In this document: positions 23,566-32,000 of the stretch, piece by piece
Numbering within the stretch: position 1 is the first letter of the stretch
Layout of the letters: each line of letters starts with the position of its first letter
Made by a program: the position numbers and the translations under genes
The notes under the pieces: generated by a model
Databases searched by the model: none
What the model saw: the letters and a program-made list of their open reading frames with translations, nothing else
What the model was told of the DNA's origin: nothing
Origin: Ktedonobacterales bacterium
GTDB taxonomy: Bacteria; Chloroflexota; Ktedonobacteria; Ktedonobacterales; JADMIN01
DNA length: 32,000 bases
Assembly (NCBI GenBank): GCA_030167145.1
Contig: CP126532.1
Coordinates: 900,001 to 932,000 of the forward strand
Direction: 5' to 3'

Positions 23566-25623
23566 CTAGCCAATCGTAAAGGTCAGGTCGCGGGCGACTG
23601 CCGTCTGTCCGTTGACAGGCAGCGTCACCAGCACGTCATACGTCCCCGATGCAATGCCATAGCGATAGTAGGAATAGCCTGCGGAAGGCGAGAGATAAAC
23701 GCCAGACGTGATCTTGTACACCGTCTGTCCATTATGGCGGATTACAATCGTCATCGGTCCGGCCAGCGCGCTGCTCGACGTGCAGAGATTGATGTACATC
23801 GTCTGCCCGGAGGCGAAGTGACTCGTGCTGTTCCCCGGCGAGCAACTATGATCGGAGAATGTCGCCAGCGTCACGGCGCGGAATGAGGCAGCGGCTTTCT
23901 TGTCCAGCGCGGTTTGTGGATTCGGTGTGGTTGTCGCCGTCGGATTCGGCGTCGCGGTCGCGGTGGGCGCTTGCGTCGCTGCTGTGGTTGCGGTGGGTAC
24001 GGTTGTCGCCTGGCCCTGGTGCTTCGTCAGGCCAAGCGCGGAACTGACGCCGATGCCCAGCGCCAGCGCCAGAATGATGAGCGCCGCCACCATCACCAGC
24101 CGCTTTACTAGCTGTGCCCCCGTGGTGCTCCTCCCGCCGCTCCAGCCGCCATCGCCCCAACCATCGCGCCAGTTGTCACGATTCCGCCGGAGCGGCTCGG
24201 ATTGGCTGCCCTGGTTTCTTGGCCGGATGGCGGCAGCCTGCTGGCCCGGCAGTTTGCCTGTGGTTCGCGGTGGCGTGGGCGGCTCGCGCCAGCCGAATGG
24301 GTCTGCATTCCCCTGCCACCCGCCGAACGCTTCGCCCTGTCCCGTCCGTGGCGCGCTGGATGGCGCCGGGGGTGGTGACGTCAGTGGACGCGACGTTGGT
24401 GATCGTGAGGGCGTCGTGAATCCCTGCCGGATGCGCTCGCGCTCCACTTCCGCTGCCAGCGCCTCGATGTCGAGACGGCCATCGGGCATCAAGGGCAGGC
24501 TCAGCGGCCTTGTCTTGGAGGGCAGCCGCATGATCGGTGGCGGCGTGAAGACTGGCGCATCCGGTTCCTGAATCGCGGGCGCTGTTTCGCGTAGCGCCCG
24601 CATCGCGCCTTGGGGCGTCTGCCCGGTTTCATACGCACGTGCTTCTGGATCATCGGGGAAGAGCGCGTCCAGCCCTTCTTCGCCCATCCCCGGCCAGTTC
24701 GCGCCAAGGGGACGTGTCACGGCAGCGGGGCGCATCACCGGTAGTGTATTGGGCGTCGTAGCGCCATCAGTGGGCACGGTGTAGGCCTGGGTATCAGATT
24801 CGGTGAAGCGATAGAGCGCCTGGGCAAAGGCCTCAGCCGTGCCAAAACGCTCCTCCGGGCGCTTGGCCAGCGCCTGATCTACGATACGCCCCAGTTCTAT
24901 CGGCACGTCCGCGTTCAGGCCGCGCAGGTAGTCGGGACGCCGATGCACCTGCTGAAACAGCACCGAAACTGGTGTGGGTCCGACGAATGGCGGGCGTCCG
25001 GCGAGCGCTTCGTAGAGCACGCAGCCCAGCGAATACACGTCCGCGCGCTGGTCAATCTCTTTGCCTTCGGCCTGTTCGGGCGCCATATATTCCGGCGTGC
25101 CAATGGTCGTTCCAGATTTTGTCAGCCCACGCAACCCCTGAAGTTTCGCGATGCCGAAGTCGGTCAAGAGCAGCATGCGCGGATTATCGGCGTCCACCAG
25201 CATGTTTGACGGCTTCACATCGCGGTGAATGATGCCGCGCATATGCGCATGATGGAGCGCATGCGACATCTGGATGATCGCGCCAACGGCTTCGGTCACC
25301 GGCAAGGGGCGTCCCATTTGCTGGCGCAACGTGCCACCGGTAACACACTGCATCACCAGATAGACCAGTTCCTCGGTTTCGTCATCGTCATACACGGCGA
25401 CGATATTGGGGTGGTGCAGTTGCTTGATCGCATGGATCTCGCGCTGAAAGCGGCGCACGAAACCCACACGATCTTCGGCCTCGTTACGAATCACCTTGAG
25501 CGCCACGTCTCGCTCGTGCTCAACGTCGCGGGCGCGAAAGACCCGAGAGGAGCCACCACGCCCCAACAACTCGATCACCTCATAGTTGCCGAGCTGGCGC
25601 CCGATCAGATCGCTCCAATCCAT
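23566..25623 (-). CDS. Hanks-type Ser/Thr protein kinase with one TM helix and a small extracytoplasmic domain
   Basis: Trimmed to the ATG at 25623 (MDWSDLIGRQLGNYEVIELLGRGGSSRVF). Catalytic motifs IIHRDVKPSNML, DFG and GTPEYMAPE. TM helix LVMVAALIILALALGIGV is followed by a Thr/Ala/Pro linker and a C-terminal domain of about 100 aa. Confidence 0.9.
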   Translation of the reverse strand: MDWSDLIGRQLGNYEVIELLGRGGSSRVFRARDVEHERDVALKVIRNEAEDRVGFVRRFQREIHAIKQLHHPNIVAVYDDDETEELVYLVMQCVTGGTLRQQMGRPLPVTEAVGAIIQMSHALHHAHMRGIIHRDVKPSNMLVDADNPRMLLLTDFGIAKLQGLRGLTKSGTTIGTPEYMAPEQAEGKEIDQRADVYSLGCVLYEALAGRPPFVGPTPVSVLFQQVHRRPDYLRGLNADVPIELGRIVDQALAKRPEERFGTAEAFAQALYRFTESDTQAYTVPTDGATTPNTLPVMRPAAVTRPLGANWPGMGEEGLDALFPDDPEARAYETGQTPQGAMRALRETAPAIQEPDAPVFTPPPIMRLPSKTRPLSLPLMPDGRLDIEALAAEVERERIRQGFTTPSRSPTSRPLTSPPPAPSSAPRTGQGEAFGGWQGNADPFGWREPPTPPRTTGKLPGQQAAAIRPRNQGSQSEPLRRNRDNWRDGWGDGGWSGGRSTTGAQLVKRLVMVAALIILALALGIGVSSALGLTKHQGQATTVPTATTAATQAPTATATPNPTATTTPNPQTALDKKAAASFRAVTLATFSDHSCSPGNSTSHFASGQTMYINLCTSSSALAGPMTIVIRHNGQTVYKITSGVYLSPSAGYSYYRYGIASGTYDVLVTLPVNGQTAVARDLTFTIG

Positions 25624-25851
25624 TCTCCGCCCCACTCTTCGACACTGCTGCTGATATTCCAGCGTGACATTCAAGTGCCACACTTGCTGCGTATGGTGCT
25701 CTCTGGCTGCCCGTGGTATTGTACCCCACCCGCGCCACATCCGCGCGGCATGCCAGCCAAGGAGTACCGACCAGAGCAGATTGGCCGCGCAAAAAAGGAT
25801 GGAGAAATCTTGCTTGCGCGTACACGTCCCGTCGCGTACACTGAGCAATGT

Positions 25852-27795
25852 ATGTCAATCGCAGTTATCACCGATCTGAGCAAATATTTTGGCGCCGAGC
25901 TGATTTTCTCCGGCGTCTCGTTCCGCATTGCCGCCGACGACCGCATCGGACTGGTCGGCCCCAATGGCGCGGGCAAAACCACGCTGCTCAAGCTCCTCGT
26001 CGGCGAGCTTCGGCCTGACGCGGGCAGCGTATCCTACTCTCAACGCGCATCGGTGGGGTATCTGCCACAGATCGCCAGCTTCCACCCGGACCGCACGCTC
26101 TACGACGAAATGCTGACTGTCTTCGCCGAGATACGCGAGTGGGAGCGTGAGTTGGCCGAACTGGCGGCGCAACTGGCCGACCCCGAGCTGATGGCCCGCC
26201 CCGATGACTATAACGACGTGCTCGCGCGCTATGCGGATTTGCAGGAACGCATGGAGCACGCCGACGCCTATACCATCGAGCCGCGCACGCGGCGTGTGCT
26301 CGACGGCCTCGGCTTCACCCGCGAGCAGCAGGCTTCCCCCGCCACGTACCTCAGCGGCGGCCAGCAGACCCGCGCCGCGTTGGGCAAGTTGCTGCTGCAA
26401 GAGCCGGAACTGCTGCTGCTCGACGAACCTACCAATCACCTGGATCTCGCATCGCTGGAATGGCTCGAAAACTATCTCAATAGCTGGCACGGCGCGGTTG
26501 TCGTCGTCTCGCACGACCGCTATTTCCTGGACCGTGTCACCACGCGGACCATAGAAGTCGCGCACCAGCGCGCCGAGGAGTATCCGGGCAACTACACGCG
26601 CTATGTCGCCATGCGCGCGGAGCGCCTGGCGCGCTGGACGAAAGAGTACGAACAGCAGCAAGAGCATATCGCCCACACCGAGGATTTCATCCGGCGCTAC
26701 AAGGCGGGCCAGCGCAGCAAAGAGGCGCGTGGTCGGCAGACGTTGCTGGATCGCCTGGAGCGCATCGAGCGCCCGCCAGAAGATGGCTCGCTCAAGTTCA
26801 AGCTTGGCGCGGCGATTCAGTCGGGCCAGGCGGTGCTGACCACCGACAAACTCGTCATTGGCTATGAGCACGGCCGTCGCCAGGGAGATAGCGTGGATGT
26901 GGGCGCGGGGCTGCGCGTGCGGATGGCCGATGTGGAGGTGCGCCGGGGTGATCGCGTGGGGTTGCTCGGCCCCAACGGCGGCGGCAAAACAACGCTGCTG
27001 CGCACGCTGGTAGGGCAGATCATGCCGCTGGAGGGGCGTGTTACGCTTGGCCATAATGTGCAGATTGGCTACTACGCGCAGACGCATGAGGGGCTAAACC
27101 TGCGCGCGACGCTGGTAGACGAAATCCGCCGCGTGAGCCACCTGAGCGAAGAGGGCGCACGCGGCTATCTAGGGCGTTTTCTCTTCACCGGCGACGACGT
27201 GTTCAAGCCAATTGGCGCGCTGAGTGGCGGCGAGCGCAGCCGGGTCGCGCTGGCGAAGCTGACCTTGCAGGGCGCGAATTTCCTGGTGCTGGATGAGCCG
27301 ACCAATCACCTCGATCTGCCCGCCAGGCAGGTGCTCGAAGAGATTCTCAGCGACTACGACGGCACGATTCTCTTCGTGTCGCATGACCGCTACTTTGTGG
27401 ACGCGCTGGCGACCAAAGTGTGGGTGCTGGACGATGGCCGCATCACCGCGCACGTCGGCAACTACACCACCTATCGCACGCGCCGCGCCCAGGCCGAAGC
27501 CACCGCTCAGGCGCAAGCAGCGCGTAGCGAGGTCGCCGACACCAGCGCAAACAACGGGCATACAGCGCGCCAGCCCACCCGGTCCGCGAAATCTGGCGCG
27601 CAGGGGCGCTCGGTGGAGCGGGTGGAGGCCGAGATTGCCGAGGCCGAGGCGCGGCTCACCCAGATCGAACGCGATCTGGCCCAGGCCAGCGCCGATGCCG
27701 ACCTCGACCGCATCGCCGAACTGGGCAGCCGCCACGAGCAAGAGCGAACACGCCTGGAAGACCTCTATAGCGAATGGGAAGTGCTGGCGCGGTGA
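25852..27795 (+). CDS. ABC-F family ATPase (two NBDs, C-terminal coiled coil; EttA/Uup-like)
   Basis: Trimmed from ORF 25225-27795, whose upstream part is antisense to the kinase gene. Starts MSIAVITDLSKYFG. Walker A motifs GPNGAGKTT and GPNGGGKTT; signature motifs LSGGQQTRAAL and LSGGERSRVAL; no TM domain. Confidence 0.9.
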   Translation: MSIAVITDLSKYFGAELIFSGVSFRIAADDRIGLVGPNGAGKTTLLKLLVGELRPDAGSVSYSQRASVGYLPQIASFHPDRTLYDEMLTVFAEIREWERELAELAAQLADPELMARPDDYNDVLARYADLQERMEHADAYTIEPRTRRVLDGLGFTREQQASPATYLSGGQQTRAALGKLLLQEPELLLLDEPTNHLDLASLEWLENYLNSWHGAVVVVSHDRYFLDRVTTRTIEVAHQRAEEYPGNYTRYVAMRAERLARWTKEYEQQQEHIAHTEDFIRRYKAGQRSKEARGRQTLLDRLERIERPPEDGSLKFKLGAAIQSGQAVLTTDKLVIGYEHGRRQGDSVDVGAGLRVRMADVEVRRGDRVGLLGPNGGGKTTLLRTLVGQIMPLEGRVTLGHNVQIGYYAQTHEGLNLRATLVDEIRRVSHLSEEGARGYLGRFLFTGDDVFKPIGALSGGERSRVALAKLTLQGANFLVLDEPTNHLDLPARQVLEEILSDYDGTILFVSHDRYFVDALATKVWVLDDGRITAHVGNYTTYRTRRAQAEATAQAQAARSEVADTSANNGHTARQPTRSAKSGAQGRSVERVEAEIAEAEARLTQIERDLAQASADADLDRIAELGSRHEQERTRLEDLYSEWEVLAR

Positions 27796-27933
27796 GTATG
27801 TGTTGCTGTGACGGAGTTCACAGCGCATACGTTGCCATGCTCCTATTCTTGAGGCGCGAGTATATCAGCGCACGACAGAGTCGAGTGTGCGTCTGTTCTG
27901 CTGTCGTATCTGTGGGTGGTGGAGGTTACGTAT

Positions 27934-28761
27934 ATGCGCTTCCCGCTTGCTTCCGTGCGTCGGTATCTGCCGATGGTCATGAGTCTTTGCGTTGGCATTC
28001 TGCTGGCGTTGGGGGGCTGCGGCGCAGAGCCAAGCGCACAGACCTCCCCGCTTACCATTTCCACGCCGAGCGCCACCGAGACACCTGCCCCAACGGCAAC
28101 CGCCACACCGCATCCCGTGACAACTTTCACCTGCGCACCAGGGAGCCTTCCGGTTGCTCAAATGTATACCCGCGCCAGTTGCGATACCAGCACGGAGCAG
28201 GGCTTCCAGATTTTGCGCGCCAGCTATACCGCCGCGCCTGGCGCTGGCATCACGCTGGATGACTCACGCATGACGAGCGCGGGGTGGCTGGTGATTCAGC
28301 AAGAGCATGGCGATAGTCCAAACGGAGCAATTGGAAGTGCGCTTTATTTCGGAATGGGAGCCTGGTTTAGCGTCCAGTATAACATTCCAGCGGGCACATT
28401 GAGCGTTGAACAGGGCATTCCGACCTCTCCCCAGGCCAGCGTTCCCTGCGGATCGGCACTCGCCTTTGGCGGCGAACCACGTAAGGGTGTTCCGTTGCCT
28501 ACTGGCAGTCTGACGGCAGACGGTGGGCTATATACTGTCGCGCCAGTATGCTTGCAAGATGTCGCGCAGTTCTATCCCACTGCCTTGCACACCGCTGGTT
28601 GGACGCAGATGCAGCCCTTCCAAACGCCACCCGGTGGGAGTGGTTCGGCTACCGTGACTGTGTTAGTTGGAACCTACAGTTCGAGCGGAAGCACTGTGGA
28701 TATCTGGCTGTCGGGTGCGCCAGGCACTCTTACGGCGATCATCGTCGGGCCACACTACTAA
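27934..28761 (+). CDS. Putative secreted lipoprotein, unknown function
   Basis: The ATG at 27934 follows GGTGGAGG. The signal peptide with lipobox reads MVMSLCVGILLALGGC and is followed by a Thr/Pro/Ala-rich linker (TPSATETPAPTATATPHP). Confidence 0.6.
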   Translation: MRFPLASVRRYLPMVMSLCVGILLALGGCGAEPSAQTSPLTISTPSATETPAPTATATPHPVTTFTCAPGSLPVAQMYTRASCDTSTEQGFQILRASYTAAPGAGITLDDSRMTSAGWLVIQQEHGDSPNGAIGSALYFGMGAWFSVQYNIPAGTLSVEQGIPTSPQASVPCGSALAFGGEPRKGVPLPTGSLTADGGLYTVAPVCLQDVAQFYPTALHTAGWTQMQPFQTPPGGSGSATVTVLVGTYSSSGSTVDIWLSGAPGTLTAIIVGPHY

Positions 28762-28794
28762 CGCGTCCCCGTCCCGCGCCACATTCCACGCTGC

Positions 28795-28832
28795 CCTGAC
28801 GGCATGACCTGACGGCATGACCTGATGACATG
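28795..28832. repeat. 13-bp tandem repeat, about 2.9 copies (cctgacggcatga)
   Basis: 28795-28807 and 28808-28820 are identical; 28821-28832 is degenerate (cctgatgacatg). Located in the intergenic region upstream of coaE. Confidence 0.7.
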
Positions 28833-28967
28833 TTCAGAACGTGCTGACGGGTTATGTGACCTATATCGTGCTTGCCGTCTTTGACATCCGATTCTTGCCC
28901 TTTTCTGGTACGATGACACGCAGAGAAGCGCACATCTTACCAATGCCAGTCATGGGGAGTAGGCGAG

Positions 28968-29585
28968 ATGCCATATATCTTGGGCCTCACCGGTAATATC
29001 GCGAGCGGCAAAACGACCATCGGCTTGATGCTCTTAGAGCTAGGCGCCCACAGCTACATTGACGCTGATCTCGTCGTCCACGAGTTGTATCTGCCTGGTC
29101 AGCCGCTCGTTCCCCGTTTGGCGGAAGCATTCGGCCAGGACGTAGTCACTGCGGATGGCGGCATAGACCGGCAGAAGCTCGGCGCGATAGTCTTCGGCGA
29201 TGCCGAAAAGTTGAAATTGCTCGAAAGCATCGTTCACCCGGTCGTGCAGGATGCGCTGTTGCAACGTCTGCGCGAGATACCCGAAGGCACGGTGGGCGTC
29301 TTCGACGCGGTGAAGCTCATCGAATCGGGGTATGCGCCGATGTGCCACGGGGTCTGGCTCGTCATCTCTCCGCCAGAGGTGCAGCTTGCGCGGCTGATGA
29401 GCACGCGCGGGCTGAGCGAAGCGGAGGCGCGGTTGCGGCTGGCGGCCCAGCCCGATATGAGCGCCAAGCGTGAGTTCGCCACCGAGATAATAGACAACAG
29501 CGGGTCGCTGACTGATCTGCGAGCGCAGGTGACGGCGGCGTGGCAGCGGTTCCAGGTATCGCTTCACGAGACGGAGGAGCCGTGA
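28968..29585 (+). CDS. coaE: Dephospho-CoA kinase
   Basis: MPYILGLTGNIASGKTT P-loop, IDADLVVHELY and IVHPVV motifs, and typical length. The stop TGA (29583-29585) overlaps the pyk start codon. Confidence 0.9.
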   Translation: MPYILGLTGNIASGKTTIGLMLLELGAHSYIDADLVVHELYLPGQPLVPRLAEAFGQDVVTADGGIDRQKLGAIVFGDAEKLKLLESIVHPVVQDALLQRLREIPEGTVGVFDAVKLIESGYAPMCHGVWLVISPPEVQLARLMSTRGLSEAEARLRLAAQPDMSAKREFATEIIDNSGSLTDLRAQVTAAWQRFQVSLHETEEP

Positions 29586-31072
29586 TGACTGAGCGCCGTA
29601 CCAAGATTGTCTGCACGCTTGGCCCCGCGACCCAGAGCGAAGAGCGCATCGAGCAACTGCTCCGTGCGGGGATGAACGTGGCGCGCATCAATTTCTCGCA
29701 CGGCACACAGGCAGAGCACGCGACCACTATCGCTCGTGTGCGTGCTGTCGCTCTGCGGCTGGATCTGCCGGTCGCCATCCTGCAAGACCTGCAAGGGCCG
29801 AAGATTCGCACCAGCGCGCTGGCTGGTGGCGCACCTGTGCTGTTGCGCGATGGCCAGCGCTTTACCATCACCACACGCCCAATTGTCGGAACTGCTGAGA
29901 AGGTCTCCACCACGTACGAGCCGCTGCCGCGTGACGTAAAGCAGGGTGACCGCATCCTGCTCTCAGATGGCGAGATCGAGCTACGGGTGATGGAGGCGCA
30001 TGATACCGAGGTGGTCTGCGAGGTGGCGCATGGTGGGAGACTGGCCGAGCACCAGGGCATCAACCTGCCAGGGGTGGCGGTGAGTGCGCCCGCGCTCACC
30101 GAGAAGGACCGCGCGGACCTGGCATTCGGCGTGGCTCAGCGGGTAGACTATATCGCACTGAGCTTTGTGCGCCATCCCGACGACCTGCGCGAGGCGAAAC
30201 GCCTGATCGCCGGCGCGCTGGCGTCCGCGCCGGAGCCACCAGAGCCGCGACCAGAGGGACTGCATCCATCCGCGTATGCCGCCGAGAACACGATTCCGGT
30301 GATCGCCAAGCTGGAAAAGCCGGAGGCTATCGCGCACCTGGAAGAGATCCTGGACATAGCGGATGGGGTGATGGTGGCGCGCGGCGATCTGGGCGTGGAG
30401 ATGCCGCTGGAACAGGTGCCGCTGGTGCAGAAGCGGGTGATTGCGCGGGCCAACGCGCATGGGTTGCCAGTGATTACGGCGACACAGATGCTCGAATCTA
30501 TGATTTCGCACCCCCGTCCGACCCGCGCAGAGGCCAGTGATGTTGCCAACGCGATTCTCGATGGCACCGATGCGGTGATGCTGAGCGGCGAAACGGCGGT
30601 GGGTGACTATCCCGTGGAGGCGGTGAAGGTCATGGCGCGCATCGCCCTGGAAACCGAGCGCGAGTGTGCGCCGCTGCATCCCGCTGAAAATCAGCATTAT
30701 GATAGCCTTTCGCAGGCAGTGAGCGCCGCCGCTGCCACACTGGCGGACCGCGCGCACGCGAGATGGATCACCGTCTTCACACGCACCGGCGCTTCCGCGC
30801 GGCTGATCTCCAAGGAGCGCCCACGCGCGCCAATCCTCGCCTATACGCCATTCGAGACGGTCTACCGGCGGCTGACACTGTGGTGGGGTGTCATGCCACG
30901 CCGCAGCGCGCTCGCGGGGAGCACTGAAGAACTGATCGCCTGGGTAGATGGGCAACTTCAGCGTGACGGTCTGGCGCGGAGCGGCGAGCATATTGTGGTG
31001 ATGGGCGGCATGCCCATTGCTGGCCAGGCCCGCACCAACTACCTGAAACTCCACACCATCGGCGAGCAGTAG
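29585..31072 (+). CDS. pyk: Pyruvate kinase
   Basis: The ATG at 29585 follows GGAGGAG (the track ORF starts at GTG 29540). Diagnostic sequence RRTKIVCTLGPAT...GMNVARINFSHG...LQDLQGPKIRT...AKLEKPEA...MVARGDLGVE...TQMLESM. A Pro-rich insertion of about 20 aa precedes the AKLE motif. Confidence 0.95.
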   Translation: MTERRTKIVCTLGPATQSEERIEQLLRAGMNVARINFSHGTQAEHATTIARVRAVALRLDLPVAILQDLQGPKIRTSALAGGAPVLLRDGQRFTITTRPIVGTAEKVSTTYEPLPRDVKQGDRILLSDGEIELRVMEAHDTEVVCEVAHGGRLAEHQGINLPGVAVSAPALTEKDRADLAFGVAQRVDYIALSFVRHPDDLREAKRLIAGALASAPEPPEPRPEGLHPSAYAAENTIPVIAKLEKPEAIAHLEEILDIADGVMVARGDLGVEMPLEQVPLVQKRVIARANAHGLPVITATQMLESMISHPRPTRAEASDVANAILDGTDAVMLSGETAVGDYPVEAVKVMARIALETERECAPLHPAENQHYDSLSQAVSAAAATLADRAHARWITVFTRTGASARLISKERPRAPILAYTPFETVYRRLTLWWGVMPRRSALAGSTEELIAWVDGQLQRDGLARSGEHIVVMGGMPIAGQARTNYLKLHTIGEQ

Positions 31073-31207
31073 CGCACGCGGGGATGGGATCGGACATCAC
31101 ACCTGCGAGATGGACGCCTGAGCAGAGTTGCCCACGATACCCGCCCTGCTCAGCACACGGCGAGCACACAGCAGTCCCGCCATCTAGCCGCGCCGCGTGG
31201 CGTCGCG

Positions 31208-31213
31208 TATAAT
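31208..31213 (+). promoter_or_regulatory. Candidate -10 element (perfect TATAAT) for the last gene
   Basis: TATAAT at 31208-31213 lies in the 226-nt gap after pyk. The -35 is weak (TAGCCG, 17 nt upstream). Confidence 0.35.
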
Positions 31214-31298
31214 ACCCCAAATACTGTAAGCGGTCCGGCCAATGGGAGGTAGGGCAAACGTGGTAGCAAGTAGTAGTGCGGGACGTACACCTGAGCGG

Positions 31299-32000
31299 AT
31301 GAATGGCGCCCAGCCGGCTGGCGATGAGATGGCCGAGAGCATGGAGGGCCGCCACGAGGCTGGCAAGCGCGAAGTTGATATGTATATCCGCACCTACCAG
31401 ACGCTGCTGCGCAGTTCTGGTGAGGTGGGCCTCAAAGCGCTGGTCCAGGCGCACTACAATATTGATTCTGTGCTCCATCCCGAAGCGCGCTCCAGCGAGC
31501 CGGATATGTCCGCGTTTATCTATACCGTCCTGCGCCTCCCCACCGCGATTCTCAACTGCTCGCGTGTCCTGCTCGGTCAATCCGAAGACGTGTTTGCCCA
31601 GCACGGCTTCCAGGTCGAACAGTGGCAAGCCGTCACCGCCTCCGCCCGCAGGCGCAAATGGTTCTATGATGGCAAGAGCACCCTGGCCGCATTCATCGCC
31701 AGCGTCAGCGACACCGACGACATCGTGCCCACCCTCGTCGCCCTCCAAATCGAATGGAACAAGTTCCACTGGCTGCTCAACGCCGACGCTACGACGATGC
31801 AGTTGCTTGAGAGCCGCGTAGACCGTTCCTCTCCCGTGTACGCTGAAATTACCAAGGTCGTTCGCGAACGCCTGCACATCACCGCTGAAGACTGGCGCCG
31901 CCTCGAAGTCATCTGGGGCGATCACGTCTGGACGAATCTGCTGGCCATTGGTCGCGAGCGCAAAAACTTCGCTCTGCGGATGCTGGGTGGCTCACATGTA
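31299..32000 (+). CDS. Conserved hypothetical protein, 5' part (runs off the window end; absent from the ORF track)
   Basis: Frame 3 is open from the TAA at 31227-31229 to base 32000. It translates to MNGAQPAGDEMAESMEGRHEAGKREVDMYIRTYQTLLRSSGEVGLKALVQAHYNIDSVLHP...IEWNKFHWLLNADATT...LRMLGGSHV with GC-rich third positions. The antisense track ORF 30891-31925 is rejected. Alternative starts are ATG 31242 and GTG 31260, the latter 10 nt after GGGAGG. No family recognised. Confidence 0.7.
   Translation, partial: MNGAQPAGDEMAESMEGRHEAGKREVDMYIRTYQTLLRSSGEVGLKALVQAHYNIDSVLHPEARSSEPDMSAFIYTVLRLPTAILNCSRVLLGQSEDVFAQHGFQVEQWQAVTASARRRKWFYDGKSTLAAFIASVSDTDDIVPTLVALQIEWNKFHWLLNADATTMQLLESRVDRSSPVYAEITKVVRERLHITAEDWRRLEVIWGDHVWTNLLAIGRERKNFALRMLGGSHV

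Noticed and set aside
30180-30300. Pro-rich insertion of about 20 aa (ASAPEPPEPRPEGLHPSAYAAEN) in pyruvate kinase before the AKLEKPEA motif
   Set aside because: This is probably a lineage-specific surface-loop insertion in an otherwise canonical enzyme, with no evidence of frameshift or an embedded element.

Overview
High-G+C, compactly packed bacterial chromosomal window with no rRNA, tRNA, CRISPR, transposase or integrase that I can see. The taxon is not determinable from the sequence; Thr/Pro/Ala-rich linkers and long Tat leaders weakly suggest a Chloroflexota/Ktedonobacteria-like or actinobacterial-type organism. About two thirds is ordinary housekeeping: gpmI, a DedA-family protein, DUF2851, a PrpE-like metallophosphoesterase, clpP, a SAM methyltransferase, mutS2, a Ser/Thr kinase, an ABC-F ATPase, coaE and pyk. 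Two regions stand out. (1) Bases 352-8969 carry a tightly coupled operon encoding SWIM zinc finger, DUF5691-like, MoxR-class AAA+, DUF5682-like and VWA proteins. It resembles the uncharacterised E. coli yehLMPQ gene set and has no known function. Here it is split by a lower-GC insertion of about 1.06 kb (3250-4310). The insertion encodes an unassigned 186-aa protein followed by a 475-nt C-rich, G-poor spacer containing seven 9+9-nt direct-repeat dimers. Related motifs recur inside two nearby CDSs and in a 17-bp tandem repeat at 111-191. (2) Bases 14951-19459 carry a RiPP-like trio: an HprK-related P-loop kinase, a PqqD-family (RRE-type) protein and an NTP_transf_5-type nucleotidyltransferase. 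There is no lasso cyclase, protease or radical SAM enzyme in the window. Instead, the trio brackets two tandem paralogous His-rich proteins with Tat signals. These carry an unusually long, conserved Pro/Asn-rich N-terminal extension, and an intrinsic terminator-like hairpin separates them from the PqqD/kinase genes. Many long ORFs in the supplied track are antisense shadows or upstream extensions typical of high-GC DNA and were trimmed or rejected. One real ORF that runs open to the window end (31299-32000) is missing from the track.
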